DNA of 48,509 nt from Octopus bimaculoides. Taxonomy: Eukaryota. The translations under genes and the position numbers were made by a program. The notes beneath the pieces are model-generated. The model had not been told where the DNA came from. It worked only from the letters and a program-made list of their open reading frames with translations, and made no database searches. The stretch spans positions 50,291,995 through 50,340,503 of the forward strand of contig NC_068998.1 of NCBI RefSeq assembly GCF_001194135.2, read 5' to 3'. Below, one piece after another: positions 1 through 11,680 of this stretch (its first letter is position 1; the number at the start of each line of letters is the position of its first letter).

Positions 1-499
1 ATATATATATATATATATATATCATTATCATCATCATTTTGAACAGTTATTCCCTAAACATTTCCTCAACTCTCTTTGTGTTTTCTCCCTCTCTCCATTT
101 TTTCTGCTCAGTACTTCCTGTCAAGGAGCGTTCGCTCGATACGTCAAAGACTTTTCCATTATTCTCTAGCATTAAACTAATACACCTTCATGTTCCCTTA
201 TCTATCTTCTTTTGTTTTCTATAAATTTGAATCTTTTTTTTTAATGTGAGTGTATAAATCTATATTGGTGTGTACAAAAGCCTCTTTGGAAAAATCAATA
301 AATAAGATTCAGTATAAAACTAAATCAAATATATAATTTTTTTTTAATATTAAAGATTTACGATAACAGAGATTGAGAGGTAGTTATATAACATTTTTGA
401 AGAATATGTATATATAAAATCTTCACGAACAAAGTTTTCTTTGGATTATTGTTTCAGAAAACAATAGTAAAACTAGTACATCTATTTCATATTACTTAC

Positions 500-535
500 C
501 AGCTACAAGGAGACTGAGAAAATGACAGACTTTAT
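500..535 (-). pseudogene. Degenerate copy of the family signal-peptide exon 1
   Basis: Minus strand reads ATA AAG TCT GTC ATT TT CTC AGT CTC CTT GTA GCT G|gtaagt. It aligns to the 37-nt exon 1 of G1-G3 (restored reading MKSVIFL(S)LLVA-G) but has ATG>ATA and a 1-nt deletion (36 nt). The donor site is intact. Confidence 0.7.
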
Positions 536-606
536 ACTCGGTTGCATAAATATTTAATGTTCAAACATCACAAATTATAGCCGCAAAGATTTTCANNNNN
601 NNNNNC

Positions 607-688
607 GGCGGAATATGAACTCGGATCGTAACGGCAGACAAAATACCGCTAAGCATTTCGCCCGGGGTGCTAACGATTCTATCAGCTG
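607..688 (-). mobile_element. Octopus SINE family B, 5' part, truncated by gap
   Basis: Minus strand ctgatagaatcgttagcaccccgggcgaaatgcttagcggtattttgtctgccgttacgatccgagttcatattccgccg matches other copies in this window (e.g. 46200-46428). Confidence 0.75.
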
Positions 689-700
689 TGTGTATGTATG

Positions 701-753
<53 letters not shown>

Positions 754-947
754 GTTAGCATTTGGGCATCATATATAGTTAGAAATCTTTCTTGGGTTTA
801 AGAAACAATGTTTTTTTTTACATTATACTTATTTGTGAGCGTCGAAGGAATACATAAACGCGTCAAAGGTATACAAAGTCAAGTGTGACAGATAATAAAA
901 TATAATAATCAATATTAGGAGTAAGAATTTTACTCGTAAAAACTTAC

Positions 948-987
948 CAATAAGTACAAAGCAAAGAAATAGCACCGATTTCATCAT
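948..987 (-). CDS. G1 exon 1: signal peptide (M)MKSVLFLCFVLI-G of a secreted Cys-rich family paralog; remaining exons are presumably beyond the left edge
   Basis: ATG ATG AAA TCG GTG CTA TTT CTT TGC TTT GTA CTT ATT G|gtaagt. It is 37 nt from the second ATG to a phase-1 donor, the same length and phase as G2 and G3 exon 1. TATA box and E-box lie upstream. Confidence 0.8.
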
Positions 988-1057
988 TGTTGAGTAAGAA
1001 TTCGTATGATTAAATACCAAGCACAAGCACTAGTTTCTTATTTTGAGTAACTAAATC

Positions 1058-1091
1058 TTATATACGTAGAATATACTAGCGCAGGTGCTCA
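1058..1091 (-). promoter_or_regulatory. G1 core promoter: TATATAA box (1058-1064) and E-box TGAGCACCTG (1082-1091)
   Basis: TATATAAGA lies about 75 nt upstream of the ATG. The same arrangement occurs in G2 and G3. Confidence 0.7.
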
Positions 1092-1470
1092 TTCTCAGCA
1101 CCATTCAATAAAGCGCCGGGTCTTGACCATATATGTATTGGGTGAATACATTTTTCTATGGTTACAAATTTGTTTGCTTTCTACGTTGAATAAAATCGAC
1201 TATTTTTTCATCAATAACTTCTGACTCTTGTGTTGTAATATATTTATTATGCTGTTATAATTTTTTTTTTTAATTTTTTGTTTTTACTTTTGATAGACAG
1301 AAGTTTAGATCATTTTTCAATACATACGTTGGATGTCATACACGTGCTGTTAAATATGCGATTGGAAAAACATTTACATGAAATATTGGATACACATCAT
1401 GCTCATTATTATATAGTTAACATCAGATATATATATATGAGTGTGTGTGCGTGCATGTATGTGGGTATAT

Positions 1471-1745
1471 TGGCGTAGACATGGCTTTGTGTTAAGAAGG
1501 GAGATTCACTAAGACATAACTCCAGGTTCAGCACCACTCCTTGGCACCTTGGACAAGTGTTTTCTGCTATAACCTCGGACTTACCAACGACGGATATTGA
1601 AAGAATCCCGACGTACATATATACGTATATATTTGTGTGTGTGTGTGTGTGTGTGTGTACTTTGTGTCTGTGTTTGTCCGTTACCGCTTGACAATCGATG
1701 TTGAAAGGTTTGCATTTCCATAACTTAGCGGTTCAGCAAAAGAGC
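1471..1745 (+). mobile_element. Octopus tRNA-derived SINE family A (diverged), with internal TA/TG microsatellite
   Basis: Head ggcgtagacatggct...ggttcagcaccact..ggcaccttggacaagtgt and body cttgacaatcgatg...taacttagcggttcagcaaaagag are similar to the copies at 30186-30600 and 35480-35677. Confidence 0.7.
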
Positions 1746-2552
1746 TGCAAATGTTATTTTAACTACAATTAAATTATGACCATTTAATACGAATTATAAA
1801 CTTCTGATTGTTAATTGCTACTCAANNNNNNNNNNNNNNNNNNNNNNNNNNNNNNNNNNNNNNNNNNNNNNNNNNNNNNNNNNNNNNNNNNNNNNNNNNN
1901 NNNNNNNNNNNNNNNNNNNNNNNNNNNNNNNNNNNNNNNNNNNNNNNNNNNNNNNNNNNNNNNNNNNNNNNNNNNNNNNNNNNNNNNNNNNNNNNNNNNN
2001 NNNNNNNNNNNNNNNNNNNNNNNNNNNNNNNNNNNNNNNNNNNNNNNNTATATATATACATGTGTGTGTGTGTGTGTGTGTGCGTGCGTGTGCGTGTGTG
2101 CGTGTGTGTGTATACGTCTTCGGAAATAATGACGTCAGTACATCAGTGGCAAAACCGTTGATATATGACTTCATGGAACAGAAAAACAAAAACGAAATCT
2201 ATTATGTACGAAAGCTTTCAAAATACTTGTCATTAAAATCTACATATTCATTAATGTGTTTGCAATTTAATTCAACCTAAAATATTTATCAATTAGCTAA
2301 GGCAAAAGAAGTGATTTAATGAATAAATTACTCAACAATTGTAAGTAAAAACACGACGCATTTCTACAGACTCAACATAAACAAACTCATTAACGCTAAA
2401 ATCTCTGTGATAGATTTTATTAAAGGAATACGTATAACATTGAGTGATAGTATAATTTAATTTTCTCTCAATATATCTCCATTTCAATGGACACCGGTGA
2501 ATCAAAAGCTTAACACATTATATACTATCAATATCAAGAGGGAATATGTGAA

Positions 2553-2692
2553 AGCAATAATTTCAAGACATCCATTGCTTTGAAAATATTGTTGAGGCAA
2601 CAGGTACGTTTTCTCGATGTTAACCTCCATGGCAATAGTACTTGTTCTATTATATAAATATTCCGATTATAATTATCTAAATGGAGTAAGTG
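2553..2692 (+). mobile_element. Possible decayed Penelope-like reverse transcriptase fragment
   Basis: Translation SNNFKTSIALKILLRQQVRFLDVNLHGNSTCSI, then (frameshift) YKYSDYNYLNGVS. This resembles the PLE RT C-terminal pattern NxFxxxIxFT..FLDV..YRK..YL. Judged by eye only. Confidence 0.35.
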
Positions 2693-3244
2693 GAGCAGGA
2701 GCATACACGAAGACGGAAAGCGTCTCTGAAGAGGTCACAGATGTCTGACGAAAGATTTCCGGACAATGGAATGAGTTAAAATAAGAACAGTTATAAACGA
2801 GTGAAGAACGAATACATAGTGCGTGTGTTAATTTGGCAAAGAAATGACCAGCCCGAAATACAACAATATCTGTTTCAACACCCGGTTCCACAACAGGAAT
2901 CTTGCAAATTTATGAACCTAAATTAAAATGTTCTGTGTTGTGCAAAATCACTTATTGTCTTCATAAAATACTCAACCAATATGGTAACAAACGCTCAGTT
3001 GATATATATTTCTAGAAGCACATCACAATTAATACATTATTTCCCAAGACCAGTATAAACCAATGAGTTATGAATGGGCTACTGGCAATAAAATAATTCC
3101 AATCGCTTCCATTTCTTATTTCATGTAAATTTTCCACTGGCAAACATTTTCGTTACTTTTAATTTGATTTTGCAGTCTTGGTCAAAGGTTTGGACCGTTG
3201 TGACCAATTATATAATATTGTTTATTATTATCTCATTTATCAAT

Positions 3245-3420
3245 CCGGTGAGCTGGCTGAAACTTTAGTGCGGCGAACAAATTTCGTAGCGCTCTTTCGG
3301 CAGTCTAAACGTTCTTAAGTCAAATGCCACCGAAGCCACTTTCGCTTTTTAGCCTTTCTGAGTCAATAAAATATCTATTTGTGTAGCACTGGGGTTGATG
3401 TAATCGACTTATACCCTCGC
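3245..3420 (+). mobile_element. Octopus SINE family B (diverged)
   Basis: ggtgagctggctgaaactttagtgcggcgaacaaatttcgtagc...gtcaaatgccaccgaagccactttcgc...actggggttgatgtaatcgactta. Confidence 0.65.
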
Positions 3421-3839
3421 ACGAAATTTCATTCTGTGTGCCTCTGGTTGAAGGAATTAGAATTTCTATGAAATAACGCAATGACAGTTTTTTACCATTG
3501 TAATCTCTTCATCCCACATGCTAGTTCCTAATGTTTCTCTACTTTCTCATTTTCGTTAATATCAACTCACTTAATGTCGATATCAACTTCAATCTATCAG
3601 CTCACCTAACGTTCGTACCGCGTTTTTATAATTTCAAATGCAGAAAGACGTTTAACATCACAAGACACATGTTACCCGCTGTATCATGTCCTGTGTTATA
3701 TTCTTTCGTACTTCCCTACTGTACTGTCTTCAAAAATATCCAATGCTTTCACATTTCCATAAACTTTGCGTTTGTTGCTTGACTGAGATTTATCAGTCTT
3801 TCATTTCTATCACATTTTTTTAAATGCATTTTTTCTGAG

Positions 3840-3995
3840 CCACAATCATTTCCTCATTTCAGTCAGTTTGTATTTATGTCGCAGACACAACCAATGTTCT
3901 TCAACACGTAACAACTGTTTTTTATTATTTCACCATGAAGTCATTTTATCCTTTCTCAAAGCAAAACGACCGAAATCTTCCTAGGAACCCCTATT
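3840..3995 (+). mobile_element. Possible Tc1/mariner-type terminal fragment
   Basis: gaagtcattttatcctttctcaaagcaaaacgaccgaaatcttcctaggaacccctat resembles mariner 3' ends as recalled. No partner TIR was found. Confidence 0.3.
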
Positions 3996-5599
3996 TTGAA
4001 AACAATGATTTAATGGGGTGATGGGAATGAATAAGTTAGTATTTTACAAGCCTCTTCCGTATAGAATGTCTAATACTAAAGCCGAATTTCGTCTAAGCTA
4101 TCTGTAATGAAATGCTATAATGAACTGATTAAAATCAGTTGTAAGAGACATTGAGAAATACCTACAGGAAAACAATTAATGCCATTGATGTTTTTGTTTA
4201 CGCACTCCATCTGCTTTTGTTGTTAATGTTGATGTGTAGCTAACGCCGATCTTGAGCGACTAAATCTATAACCAAAAGATTTGCGATATTCCGTTTGTTT
4301 TGAAGATGGTGTTGCGTTCAACTAAATTAAAAGGATGCTCGTTTTGGAGTTAATTATACGTCTAAAAAACAACATAATCATACACACGAATTTATAATAT
4401 TCGATATTATCCATATTAAAATTGGCTATAACCCGGCACAAAAGTCATTATATGAAAACGAAATGGTGTGATAATATGAAACGTAGTTCAATCTTCTAAA
4501 AATCTGATATAAACGTATTGTGATGCAATCATAACCGCTGATTGAAAATAAGACCAAAATATAACTTTCACAGACTGAAATGCCTCTGGTTTTCTTGATG
4601 CTTTCAGCTGGAATGACACTCACCACCATCTGATATTTACTCTGATTTTATTTTAGTATGTCTGTAAGAGTTGTTATCTCGGGAGGTATATAGCTCTGAC
4701 TGGACTATGAAAGGTGTATGTTTTTCTTTCTTTAATACTCTCTCAATGGCGCTTACCGGTTTTATATACAATCGGGATATTCACAACAGCAAAAAATATA
4801 TCTGTCCGCTGCTTTCCATGTACGAGGTGACGATTTCTCCTCTAAGACGTAGGTACTTGTGTGTATACGTCATTGCAAAAGCTCAAAATGGCCGAAATGC
4901 ATGTGCCATTTTCGATGTTTGTTGCTGTCTGACATTTATTCTGTATTACATGTTGTCTAAAATGAATACTGCTGTAACTTTCCTCTCACCGTTATTTATG
5001 CTATAACATCGATACCTAGATTCCTATATTAAATCGTTATTGCTGTGTTACAGTGCGTGAGAGTTTTAATGTTAGTGGGTCGGTATCCGTTGTTAATTAA
5101 TATAAACTTCTTCAGAGTGATGTCCCTGTATCATTTGTTGCTTCTTACCCCGTCCCACAGGCCTTGTAACACTCGAGTATCTAAAAAATGATTTACTTCA
5201 ATGTCTGCGATTTGTAATACGCATCTATATGAAGAAGCATGAGGATCGCTTATGCATACTAGATTCATGAGTTGCATCTAAAGTGTACATTTACAGTGTG
5301 ACATCTTGTGTCACCAAATACTTAAATATATGTAACACATGAAATAAAGTAGTACCAATCTCAAATCCATGTTTCATATTCCACAGCACATCACGAATAG
5401 AGTTTGTAATATTTGCATATGTCTCCGACCGCCGATACGGATCATTTCGGGTGTATTGGAGAATAATGACCGGAATAGGTAAAAAGCTAACGAAATATCG
5501 ATATGCACCGTTTTTATTCAACGTAGGGGCGAGTTGCCTTTTATGGTGTGAGACATTAAATTTTCATTAATACTCGGCGTCGTAAAAAGATAGTTCCCA

Positions 5600-5796
5600 C
5601 CAGTGTTATCTAAGGGATGACACTTGTGGCGTGGCACTTGTGACGTCGCAACTCATTTCTACTGCTGAGTGAACTGGAGCAATGAGAAATAAAGTGCCTT
5701 GCTCAAGAACACAACACGCAGCCCGGTCCGGGATTCGAACTAAGAACATCATGATCGTAAGCAGGACACTCTAACCACGGAGCCATGCGCCTTCCC
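5600..5796 (-). mobile_element. tRNA-derived SINE family C with a V/Meta-SINE-like central domain
   Basis: Minus strand gggaaggcgcatggctccgtggttagagtg (box A) ... gttcgaatccc (box B), then gtgttcttgagcaaggcacttt...ctccagttcactcagc..aaatg. Confidence 0.7.
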
Positions 5797-6316
5797 ATGA
5801 TGGTATTCCCCAGATATTGGACGTATAAACAAAGCATACACGCTACGCATGTGTCATCGACAATGTTTACATTATTAAAACTGTCTTTATACAAAATATA
5901 ATTTTCTCTAACATAAGCCAGGGCGTGGCATGTCAGGGAATAGACTTTACGCTCTCTTCTTGCAGATATGTCTCCGACCGGCAATATGCTCCGTTTCAGG
6001 GCGAGTGGCATGTAATATCACTTTGACATAAGNNNNNNNNNNNNNNNNNNNNNNNNNNNNNNNNNNNNNNNNNNNNNNNNNNNNNNNNNNNNNNNNNNNN
6101 NNNNNNNNNNNNNNNNNNNNNNNNNNNNNNNNNNNNNNNNNNNNNNNNNNNNNNNNNNNNNNNNNNNNNNNNNNNNNNNNNNNNNNNNNNNNNTACATAT
6201 ATTTCTTCACTCGCTAATTACTGTTCTTATTTTACAAATTTTATTTCATTATTTTAAGATGCGTTAAATGTATATATATTTATTTGGCCAAGAAATGACC
6301 ATCCCGAAGCACACCA

Positions 6317-6318
<2 letters not shown>

Positions 6319-6376
<58 letters not shown>

Positions 6377-6500
6377 ATATATATGTATATATATATATAT
6401 AGATAGATAGATAAATAGATAGATAGATAGATAGATAGGTAGATAGATAGATAGATAGATAGATAGATATATAGATAGATAGATAAATAGATAGATAAGA
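6319..6500. repeat. Compound microsatellite (TA)n(TG)n(TAGA)n
   Basis: Directly visible. Confidence 0.95.
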
Positions 6501-6579
6501 AAGTCTATAGATATTTATGCAAGCATGTGTGTGTATATTAGGTGGACACCAAATTTATGGAAATTAATAATATAACACA

Positions 6580-6661
6580 TATAAAAAGAGAAATTGTTTT
6601 ATTTCTGTAATGGCTGATGATATCTTCCAGATTGAATATATTGGATTGATTCTAATAAGAT
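6580..6661 (-). other. G2 putative non-coding terminal (3' UTR) exon with poly(A) signal at 6598-6603
   Basis: Strong acceptor tatatttttctattcacag| at 6662. GAAATAAAACA occurs about 60 nt in, and the same 11-mer occurs in the G3 terminal exon. The 3' end is approximate. Confidence 0.5.
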
Positions 6662-7509
6662 CTGTGAATAGAAAAATATAATGTTTATTATAGTAGTAAT
6701 TATTGTTTTGTATCAAATATTAGATATCAAAACGAAAATCAGTTCGCAGGTGTTACACTGTAGACAATTGCAATATCATTTTTTTCACCGAAAATAAAAT
6801 AACTTGATACAATACAATAGTATATCGATATCCTTTCTAGCAACATATTTACAATAATATATACAAACCGACATCTTAGTATACAATTGTCTCTACTGTC
6901 CTTCGATAGACTTAAATCAGTGTATATTCATTTGGGATTTCCAAAGTGTTTTACATTGTTTTGTTTTTTTTTCAATTATATTACATGGAGGGTAGAACAA
7001 AAATCAGCAAAGCACATAACACATTTAGCAAGTAAGATTATATACTATCAATATATACGTTAAAAATGAAGACATGCGACAGATTACTTTTCAAATGTAA
7101 ATAATTATATGATGGCTTTACTGAAGATGTAAACGCATTGACAATGTGGAATAAATTTTATGGTACCTAATCTTCGTGCTATGTAACATTATTGATTTCT
7201 ATGTATCATTAGAAATTTAATGATCATCATTTTAACACTAAGATATTTTAAATATGTCATTTCGAATTATTAATTACATACGCCAAATGATTTGTGTGAG
7301 ACGTTGTCCTGGTATTACGTTTTCAACAGTCTGTTGTAAAGATACGCAATTATTTACCTTTATGACAGAATATAATCACATAAACTAGTCACGGTAACAC
7401 AATGCATTTTTATTTTACGTGATTTATGAAATATGGCTATAAAGCATAGATATTTAAAATCACATTCTAAATATTGATTTAATTTTTTTTTTTACAGGGC
7501 AAGCAAGAT

Positions 7510-7670
7510 CTGGGGAGGCGGAGAACCCATTATATCGAACCCAATGTTCAACAGGCAATTATTTTAGCAATCACGAACCTATGAAAATGAAAATCCACCT
7601 CAGCGGAATTCGAACAAAAACGGTAAAGACGGACAAAACTTCACAAACGCATTTTCCCCAGCTTTCCATC
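7510..7670 (-). mobile_element. Octopus SINE family B (diverged), in G2 intron 6
   Basis: tatcgaacccaatgttcaacaggcaattattttagc...cctcagcggaattcgaac..aacggtaaagacggac. Confidence 0.6.
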
Positions 7671-7797
7671 TATGTAGACAGCTGATACGTTATATTCGTA
7701 GACTTATTATAAATATAATGTAGAAACGAATATATGGCATTCAAGATGCAATTATTATTAATTCTCAAATACTACTTACTATTTTTGAAGAAACAAA

Positions 7798-7820
7798 TTA
7801 TGGTCTATACAAGACTCCAA
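7798..7820 (-). CDS. G2 exon 6 coding part: (I)GVLYRP-stop; the exon continues to a donor at 7780
   Basis: ttgtttttattttatttcag|TT GGA GTC TTG TAT AGA CCA TAA tttgtttcttcaaaaata|gtaagt. Phase 1 matches the upstream exon, and it parallels G3 exon 4. Confidence 0.7.
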
Positions 7821-8929
7821 CTGAAATAAAATAAAAACAATATATTTAGAACAACGTCGAATATATAATGAAATCTAATGTGAAAGCGAATAGGCCAATT
7901 TGTAGCTTCTACACTATTTTAAAATGATTATCTTATTCAATGTCATCACTCATATATCGTTATTACTGTATATAAGGAAGAGTCTACTAAATTTTACATA
8001 CTCATCAGGTAATCTAAAACTAATTATAGTGACAGAAAGAATGAAAATATCTATTGATGTGTGATTATCTTTTATTTGCTGTGCAAGCTTCACGATTATG
8101 TAGATATCTATACATAAATTGAAGCAAACACATAGTTGTTGCTATTCTCTATATTGATACCACATAAATATTAGCATATGTAGTATTTTTGTATCTCAGT
8201 TGGTGCAGTTCAATTTCCAATACCTGGATCTGGTTCTCAAGTTCTGTATCATTTGATCTTAGCATATTATAAATTTGTTGCATGTGTAATAAACAATACA
8301 GAACAGCGGCCACATTACTATCTATACTGTAGTAAATCATGTGAGATCGCTGTTGAAATACGTTCTGATTTCACCACTACGTCTTCTCGAAGTCCATCTT
8401 GGTCTCATTACTGCTTAACACATCCAGGTAAATAAAATGATTCAGTTTTTTTTTTCTGTTGCAGCTCCACCTCAAAATATTAGCACTTCTTCGTCGTACA
8501 ATTATCTCTAATTTGTCTTCCGTATAAGTTCGACAATCCACACAATTCATTTTAATTATTGGTACTCCGGGGACCTTATATTCTTTGAACTGCGAAAGCC
8601 CGATGTTTACTGCATGGATTTTGACTCTTTGTTTTCTCCAAGTAAAACTGCAGTCATCCTGGTTTTTGCTGCCATGGTGTAACAGCATTTTACCATTCCC
8701 TTGGATAGCATAGGTGACGTGCGGAGGTGAAAACATGGGTGACTGCTTCTCTTTAATATACAACTTTGCTTGGACTTGTGATTAGAAGAGGGACTTTCTA
8801 CGTGCAATCTCATAGACATTCATAGAGACAGAGATACACACCCACATACATATACTTAAAGGTATGTTTGTAGCTATACATATTCATAGGTTTATGCACG
8901 AACATTTTTCTGTGTTTTTTCCACACCAA

Positions 8930-9085
8930 TACTTGAGAACATTTGTTGGTTTGTTTATGTCTCCATAATACAGTGGAGCAGCAAAGGAGGTCAATATAAT
9001 AAGCACGAGTTTTTTAAAATAATACATGTCTCCGAATTGAGTTCTTCGACGCAAGCCTTCCAAAACATGCTGCAGCATGGTCATA
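8930..9085 (+). mobile_element. Highly diverged SINE family A body in G2 intron 5
   Basis: ttggtttgtttatgtctccataatacagtggagcagcaaaggagg...catgctgcagcatgg is homologous to 36885-37010 and to the family A 3' half. Confidence 0.55.
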
Positions 9086-9540
9086 TTTTAACGACGAAAC
9101 CAAGTACACGATAAATGATGAGAAATTAGAACATGACTCAACTCTGCACATCAAAGACCATTAGTTAATTTGGGGGTAAAATTACGAGTTTTGTTATCGG
9201 TGACATATAATTTAAAATTTTTTTTTTAAAAACTGCTTTCGTCTGCAATATATTTGTTACTCTTAACCTGATTAATGATTACAAACAAACATTCGGTCGG
9301 TCCGGACATCTTAATAATCTTCACATTGACAGAAAAATTACGACGGCAAAAGCCAGACATTGTAAGGGATGCAGCAATCGTTTAAAAAGTTATTTAAACA
9401 AACGCTTGAGGGAAGCTAAAGAACACGTCGGTACATTTTGTCCAGAGTTGTGTAGATTATAACATTTCACATTAAAATCATTGAATAATTATAGAAAAGT
9501 ATTAATAATGATGAATACATATAGAAATAATATATCTTAC

Positions 9541-9629
9541 TACTGCATTGTTTCTCAATTAGATCACGGAAGAAATCGTGGCATACTGTATTTTTCGGTT
9601 GCATGCAGCTACGAAACATGTGGAGACGA
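9541..9629 (-). CDS. G2 exon 5 (B2): RLHMFRSCMQPKNTVCHDFFRDLIEKQCS, second half of Cys module 2
   Basis: ttcttgttttccag|T CGT CTC CAC ATG...TGC AGT A|gtaag. 89 nt, phase 2 to 1, the same length as B1 and the G3 B exon. Confidence 0.9.
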
Positions 9630-10465
9630 CTGGAAAACAAGAATACGATAAAACAAATAACGAAACCAAAATATTTGATCTTTATTTTTTTAGATTCGTT
9701 CTCTGAGATCCGCTTACCAGGGAGAATGCTGGCATCATAATCTATAGCATCACCTATTTTTGTTCAAACCTATGTGGTATTGATAGTAATAAGTACTGCG
9801 GGTGAGAAGAGTCGGATGTTTTAATGCTAATCACTCAGCAGCTAACTACCTTGGAATAAATACCTTCTAGCGGCTATATTACTGTCATTATCTGTTTTAA
9901 ACACATAGGCTACGTTTCAAGTTCTACTCATATCAAGAAAATTTCAGTGCATTCGACTTTAAACATGAGTGAAACTCAAAGGATGTCATCGGATTTACTC
10001 CAAATCGTTGAGATCACCAAACCCGAACATGAGTTCAAAGGAACTTTAGAACCAGTAGATGTTATTTCAGCACTCAGCACCTATTAATTCTACAACACTC
10101 CAGTGAGAACTGCAATATAATTTTGCTCCTACTTCTAGGACTTTTATGCCCTTACGCAAACTGATATCATACAGAAGAAAAAAAAAGCAATACTATGACA
10201 TAGTGAATTTTCACTAAGGGCATTTCTTCCATATCATATGAATAAGAAGCTGTCGCAAATTTTGAGTTGCATTTCTGTTATGGAATTTAGATCGATCGAA
10301 AGCATATTTACGAGCGGTCAGATTTCAAATTAGGACCGTCGCTCAAATCTTCCTTAAAGGTACTATTTTTCTGGAATGAAAAATCAAATATTATATTATA
10401 TATTCGTTATATTAGAAATGATACATTTCTAAATCTCTCAGAGAGACTTAAGCAGTAGTGATGCG

Positions 10466-10622
10466 ATAAAGTAGTTGTATGATGTCAGCTTAACGTGACA
10501 GTCTCAATAAGGGAATCATATTGGCCGACAGGAAGCCGTACAGCTTCCTATGGCTAAATAGCAGTAGTATGATTCCCTTATTGGGACTGTCACATTAAGT
10601 TGACAACATACAACTAATTTAT
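10466..10622. repeat. Long inverted repeat / hairpin in G2 intron 4
   Basis: Arms 10472-10520 and 10568-10616 match at 45/49 nt. A nested inner stem AGGAAGC-cgtaca-GCTTCCT sits in the loop. Confidence 0.9.
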
Positions 10623-10654
10623 TCATTATATTGTTTTTCGTGAATGATACTTAC

Positions 10655-10757
10655 TGGCAAAATTTCAAGGTTGAAGGTATTGTTGGGTAAGTACCCATAG
10701 CGTCACCGCAGTTCTTTTCGGCATCAGCGACACAGCTGTGTTCTGGTAAATCTACCT
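10655..10757 (-). CDS. G2 exon 4 (A2): (K)VDLPEHSCVADAEKNCGDAMGTYPTIPSTLKFC(H), first half of Cys module 2
   Basis: ctcttaaacttacag|AG GTA GAT...TTT TGC CA|gtaagt. 103 nt, phase 1 to 2, with DAMGTYP shared with A1. Confidence 0.9.
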
Positions 10758-10861
10758 CTGTAAGTTTAAGAGTTAGGGTTTATTAAAAGACTTGTATTAC
10801 GAAAAATACCTTTCCAAATTTCTGAGTCATTAAAAATGCTGTATAATCATATGAATATGTA

Positions 10862-10923
10862 CATACATGCATGCATACATACATACATACATACATACAT
10901 ACATACATACATACATACATACA
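10862..10923. repeat. (TACA)n microsatellite
   Basis: Directly visible. Confidence 0.95.
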
Positions 10924-11202
10924 TAGCATGGCTGAAACTGGGGTGAATACTGCAGTGGTTTCGCGTAGCCTTCTCCGAGATGGTGGGATTTGAAATCCCA
11001 TTGTAAGATTCTGCCAGTCTACCATCCGCAGAGCAATGTGGAATTAAATGTTTTGCTCCTGAGTGCGAGGCGATTCTCTGAATGGAAAACGAATTCACGA
11101 TAACGTAGCGTTCTACTACTTGTTCTACTACCACTACTACTGCTGCTTCTGCCACTACAGCTGCTATTACTACGACTAATAATAATACTGATGATGATGA
11201 TG

Positions 11203-11247
<45 letters not shown>

Positions 11248-11680
11248 ACATTGTTACTTCTCTTGAAAATGTGTGTAATGTATATTCATGTTTTTAATAT
11301 TTGAAAACACTTGATTTATTTTAGTAGCATGTTATTGATCTTTTTTAATAATTATATAACGCTCGTGTGACAAATCTCCATTTTGATTTTACAAGTCTTA
11401 ATCAATAGTAAGATCAACAAATCCTATGTAAGAGATATTTGTGGCTGATATCTGTAAAGGACCTTGCCTGTTTTTTTGTTTTTTTTATGGATCAAAGCAA
11501 GAGACAGAAACATAATAAAGGTCTGAGTTGATTAAAAATACAATCATAAATATATACAATGCAATATTTTAAAGCTTTTATGACCAACAGGGATTATTCC
11601 AATTCCAATTGGAATTATTTAATTAATATTTAAATACAACAACAAACACTGCAAATAATGTTACTTTAAGTATTTCTTAC

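Noticed and set aside
5149-5180. 32-nt minus-strand exon-like segment (ILECYKACGTG) with AG/GT ends
   Set aside because: It lies past the G2 poly(A) signal, has no family similarity and no partner exons. Insufficient support.
8884-9084. 66-aa ORF ending ...KYWCGKNTEKCSCINL as a possible extra Cys-rich exon
   Set aside because: At nucleotide level it is a diverged SINE family A body (homologous to 36885-37010), and it lacks the family Cys spacing and splice sites.
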